NCBI GenBank assembly: GCA_963663405.2
Contig: CAXXSM010000112.1
Coordinates: forward strand, 1 to 53,074
Length of the DNA: 53,074 nt
Reading direction: 5' to 3'
DNA from: a bacterium
Lineage (GTDB): Bacteria > Hinthialibacterota > Hinthialibacteria > Hinthialibacterales > Hinthialibacteraceae
Shown: positions 49,565 to 53,074 of the stretch, one piece after another
Layout: each line of letters opens with the position of its first letter
How positions within the stretch are numbered: the first letter of the stretch is position 1
The notes under the pieces: model-generated
The model's input: only the letters and a program-made list of their open reading frames with translations
Databases searched by the model: none
What the model was told of the DNA's origin: nothing
Translations under genes and position numbers: made by a program

Positions 49565-50779
49565 TCACCCCAGGGTCGCCCCGCCCTGAGTTGATTTCCG
49601 TTCTTCCGCCGCTTTCAATTCATATCCGCTTGCTCGATACGCGGCGATCGGAGCTGGATCGATTCCCATCTCCCGCCGAACTTCTCCCAATAAAGGTTCG
49701 ATATCAGTCTCATACGCGGCGACAAGGGTTTCTTCCGCCGTTACGATGTCGCCGGAATCCTGGGCTTCGGCTAACGTTTTCCGGTCTACTAAAAGCGCTT
49801 TCGCATAGGCTTTTTGACAGGCCACAACCGACTGAATCATCGCTTCCACCTTCGGTTTCAGATTGTGGCTCTGGTCGATCATGTAAGCGATATCCGTTTC
49901 GATGGAGGGATCCAGTTCCGCTTCAACCAATTCGTTATAAATCAAAAAGAGTTCGTACGGGTTGATCGATCCGACGGTCAGATCGTCATCGGCGCATTTC
50001 CGGTTGTTGAAATGGAAACCACCCAGTTTGCCTTCATCGATCAGGAACGCGACGATATGCTCAATGTTGACACCATGCGCGTGATGTCCTAAATCGACGA
50101 GAACCTCCGCCCGGTCTCCAATCCGTTTCGCCATTGCGAACGCCATTCCCCAATCCGCGAAATCGGTGTGATAGAATCCCGGTTCGAAGAGTTTATATTC
50201 GATGAGCATATGCATGGGGGCCGTCATCGCGTTGTAGACTTCTTGCAACGACTCAACCGCCCATTGCTTCCGTTTTCGAAAATGCCCCTGTCCAGGATAA
50301 TTGGTCCCATCCGCGAACCAGAGGCTTAGAATATTGGAACCGGTCACGCGCATGATCTCCACGCATTCCAGCATATGATCGACCGCTTTCCGCCGGATGG
50401 ACGCGTCCGCGTTTGTCACACTCCCCAATTTATAGTCCTGCTCTTGAAAGACATTCGGATTAATCGCGCCGATCTCGACACCGAGCGCGTCCGCCTTCTG
50501 TTTGAGGGCGGTCCAATCGTCCACCTTGTCCCACGGAATATGCAGCGCCACCGAAGGAGCGATCCCGGTAAATCGGTGAACGGTTGCGGCGTCTTCTAGT
50601 TTCTGCTCCAATGTTTTCGCGGCGGCGGCCTGTTTAAATACACCGAATCGCGTGCCGGAATCGGCGTACCCCCAGGAGGGTGTCTCGATCCGCTGGGCTT
50701 TCAGTTTCAGTTTGATCTCGTCTAGAGACAAACCAGAGTTGTTGACGCGCGCCATTAATCGATCGGGCAGAGAATTCAT
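49565..50779 (-). CDS. rhaI: L-rhamnose isomerase (RhaI type)
   Basis: [54 protein letters not shown]. Confidence 0.9.
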   Translation of the reverse strand: MNSLPDRLMARVNNSGLSLDEIKLKLKAQRIETPSWGYADSGTRFGVFKQAAAAKTLEQKLEDAATVHRFTGIAPSVALHIPWDKVDDWTALKQKADALGVEIGAINPNVFQEQDYKLGSVTNADASIRRKAVDHMLECVEIMRVTGSNILSLWFADGTNYPGQGHFRKRKQWAVESLQEVYNAMTAPMHMLIEYKLFEPGFYHTDFADWGMAFAMAKRIGDRAEVLVDLGHHAHGVNIEHIVAFLIDEGKLGGFHFNNRKCADDDLTVGSINPYELFLIYNELVEAELDPSIETDIAYMIDQSHNLKPKVEAMIQSVVACQKAYAKALLVDRKTLAEAQDSGDIVTAEETLVAAYETDIEPLLGEVRREMGIDPAPIAAYRASGYELKAAEERKSTQGGATLG

Positions 50780-50949
50780 AAGGATACCTCAATCTTGAAT
50801 CAGGATTTCGGGGGAACTTCCTGCGTTCTTTTCGCTGAAAAGAAAATGGAAGAACAGAAAAAGCGAAGCTCTAATTTTGTCTCAAAGTCAAATTCAAGGG
50901 AAGGGGCGCAAATATCTCATTCATTACGATGAATGTTAAACGAAGCGTT

Positions 50950-52672
50950 CTAAACAAGCGGTAAAATGGAGGAAAGGATTAATACCCAGAGAAATCCAGT
51001 AAATGACATAACGGTGAGCAGGACCGTCCAGGTTTTTAATGTCTGCGTTTCGGAAAGGCCGGTCATTTGGCTGAAAATCCAGAAACCGCTGTCATTCATC
51101 CAGGTAAAGCCCGTCGCGCCGAATCCGATCACGCAAACCAAATACACGGGATGATACGGCAAATTCATGGTAGTGAGCGCAGTAGAGATAATCCCGGCGG
51201 TCGTAATCATGGAGACCGTGGCTGATCCCTGGGCGATCCGAATAAGGGTCGCGGTGAGATAGGCCAGCAGCATCAAAGAAATCTCCCACTGCCGGGCGGC
51301 CTGTTCGATCAAGGAACCGATGCCCGCTTCCGCCAGCGCCTTGCCGAACGAGCCACCGGCGCAGGTAATCAACGCGATCACGGCGCCGCTGCCCAGCGCG
51401 GGAGTCAGTAAATCGAACGTTGTTTTGAAATTCTTTCCCTTGTACCGGAGTAACAGCCAAATCCCGATCAACGCGCCCCCCAAAAAGGCGAAATTCTTAT
51501 CCCCCAAAATGTTCACACCATTTCACAATTCCCAGGGAGCATCGTTTAAGATCGTCTGGATACGCGTCTTCCAACAGCATCCGGTTCAACCGGATCAGCG
51601 CGTACTTTTTCACGTTTTGCCCTAAGAGAGCGGTTGCTTCCGGACGGAGATTGATATCCTGAAAACGGCTTTCCTCATAAAGTGACGCGCTCTTCACCGC
51701 TGCGTTAATGTCATCAAGAACAGTCTTCTGCAACTTTAATGACGGCGCAGTAGATATATCGTATCCGGCCAATACCATCTGAGTATTACCGGATAAACTT
51801 TCATTTAAGTGGAGAGAAACCGGATCGTCCGCGCTCTTTATTTTCGCCAAAAACACACCGGGATCGTTTAGATCAGAAAGGCGTAACAATCCGGATCCGG
51901 CGACTTGAATCAACACCGATGATCCAGCGAGTAATAGAACCGGTAAAGCAAACGGAAGCGCCGACGCGAACAAACTGGGCAATTCACTATCCGGTTTTCC
52001 GGCGGTGGTTTCTAATTCTTCCTGCGAAACGCCTAATACATCTTTGGGAACTACGTTCATACGCCGGTCAATCCAACGAGCGTAAAAAATTCCCCCTACA
52101 ATCACGGGAATTATCGAAGCGAGAACGCCGATCAGCATTGTCAAACCAATAGAAACACCGAGTTCTTCCGCCACTGCGATAGGACCGGGCGTAGGTGGAA
52201 CCAGCGCGTGCGTGACCGCTCCCCCCGCCGCCGCTGCGCAGACGATTAAAACGTATTGACTTTTCCGTCTCGCATACACCGCCCGCGCCAACGGTGCGAG
52301 TAAATAAAAAACGGTGTCAAAAAAGACAGGAATGGAGAGAACGAAACCACTGGAAAGCAGAGAATAATTCTCCCGTCCCGCGCCGAACAGCCGGGAAAAC
52401 GCCCGGACAATCCGCTCCGCCGCTCCACTATCCATTAGACATTTCCCGATAATGGCCGCAAACGCCAGAAGAATTCCAATCGCGCCCATCATCTCGCCAA
52501 ACCGGTTCGCGACCAGGTAGATCGATTCATCCAATGGAATCCGGTCCGATAACACCGCCACGGCGATCGCGGATGCAATTAAGGCAAGAAACGCATGAAA
52601 GCGAAGATATAGGATCAAGAATAAAATCAATCCTACACCAATAATCAAACATGGCAACGGTCCAAACATCAC
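50950..52672 (-). CDS. GntP-family permease with a soluble insertion; single frameshift near 51500-51520
   Basis: HAFLALI, SGAAERIV, IPVFFDTVF, HALVPPTPGP, RIAQGSATV, WMNDSGFW. Confidence 0.88.
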
Positions 52673-53074
52673 ATCTCCCTCTCTATCAGAACAGATGATT
52701 GAAACGAGTTTACCATATCCAGACGGCTAGAATAACGGGGCTGGAATTTAAAAACAAAAAAACATAATTCCAACCACATGCATTCAATCTTTTCTTCCCT
52801 TTCTTACATTGCATGGCCCAATCGAAATGAAAATATAAATTTACGCTCAAGTTTTCAATTAACCTGCCGAAAACTATGACGAACACGGAGAAATGTGGAT
52901 TGAGGATTTCAAGGGAAACCTAAGCGAGAATAAAGACAAGCAAGACCCGTATTGACGCCTATCCGGGCATGAAAACGAATAAAAAGAAGGGGCTAAACCA
53001 CTATACCCGTCTATACAAAGAGGCCTCGGAAACCTTCGATGATGAGTACAGTAACTTAACCCGAATTATTCGTA

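Overview
Bacterial chromosomal window that mixes housekeeping/metabolic genes (ndk, tRNA-Met, hemL, a Mur ligase, nagB, GlmU-like transferase, L-rhamnose isomerase, two URO-D-family proteins) with many accessory elements. Four complete insertion sequences can be delimited from their ends: one in a pilin-like gene with a 5-bp TSD, two apparently identical IS3-family copies, and one unclassified 2.7-kb IS with an 8-bp TSD. There are also a transposase remnant, toxin-antitoxin loci, a BlaI/BlaR1-type pair and two paralogous type II/IV prepilin-like genes. The main unexplained signals are: (i) a shared C-terminal tail, [VI]-x-x-W-x-x-x-stop, on four unrelated proteins (three with clear signal peptides), a candidate lineage-specific sorting/export signal; (ii) a dispersed ~90-bp intergenic repeat family (5 copies); (iii) a cluster of four copies of a 16-23-bp motif at the left edge; (iv) tandem ParD antitoxins whose ParE toxins are both cut off at nearly the same point. 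Most genes from ~28.6 to 42 kb are broken by frameshifts, probably assembly errors, so calls there are approximate. Gene content is suggestive of a Sumerlaeota/Hinthialibacterota-like lineage, but this is inference only.
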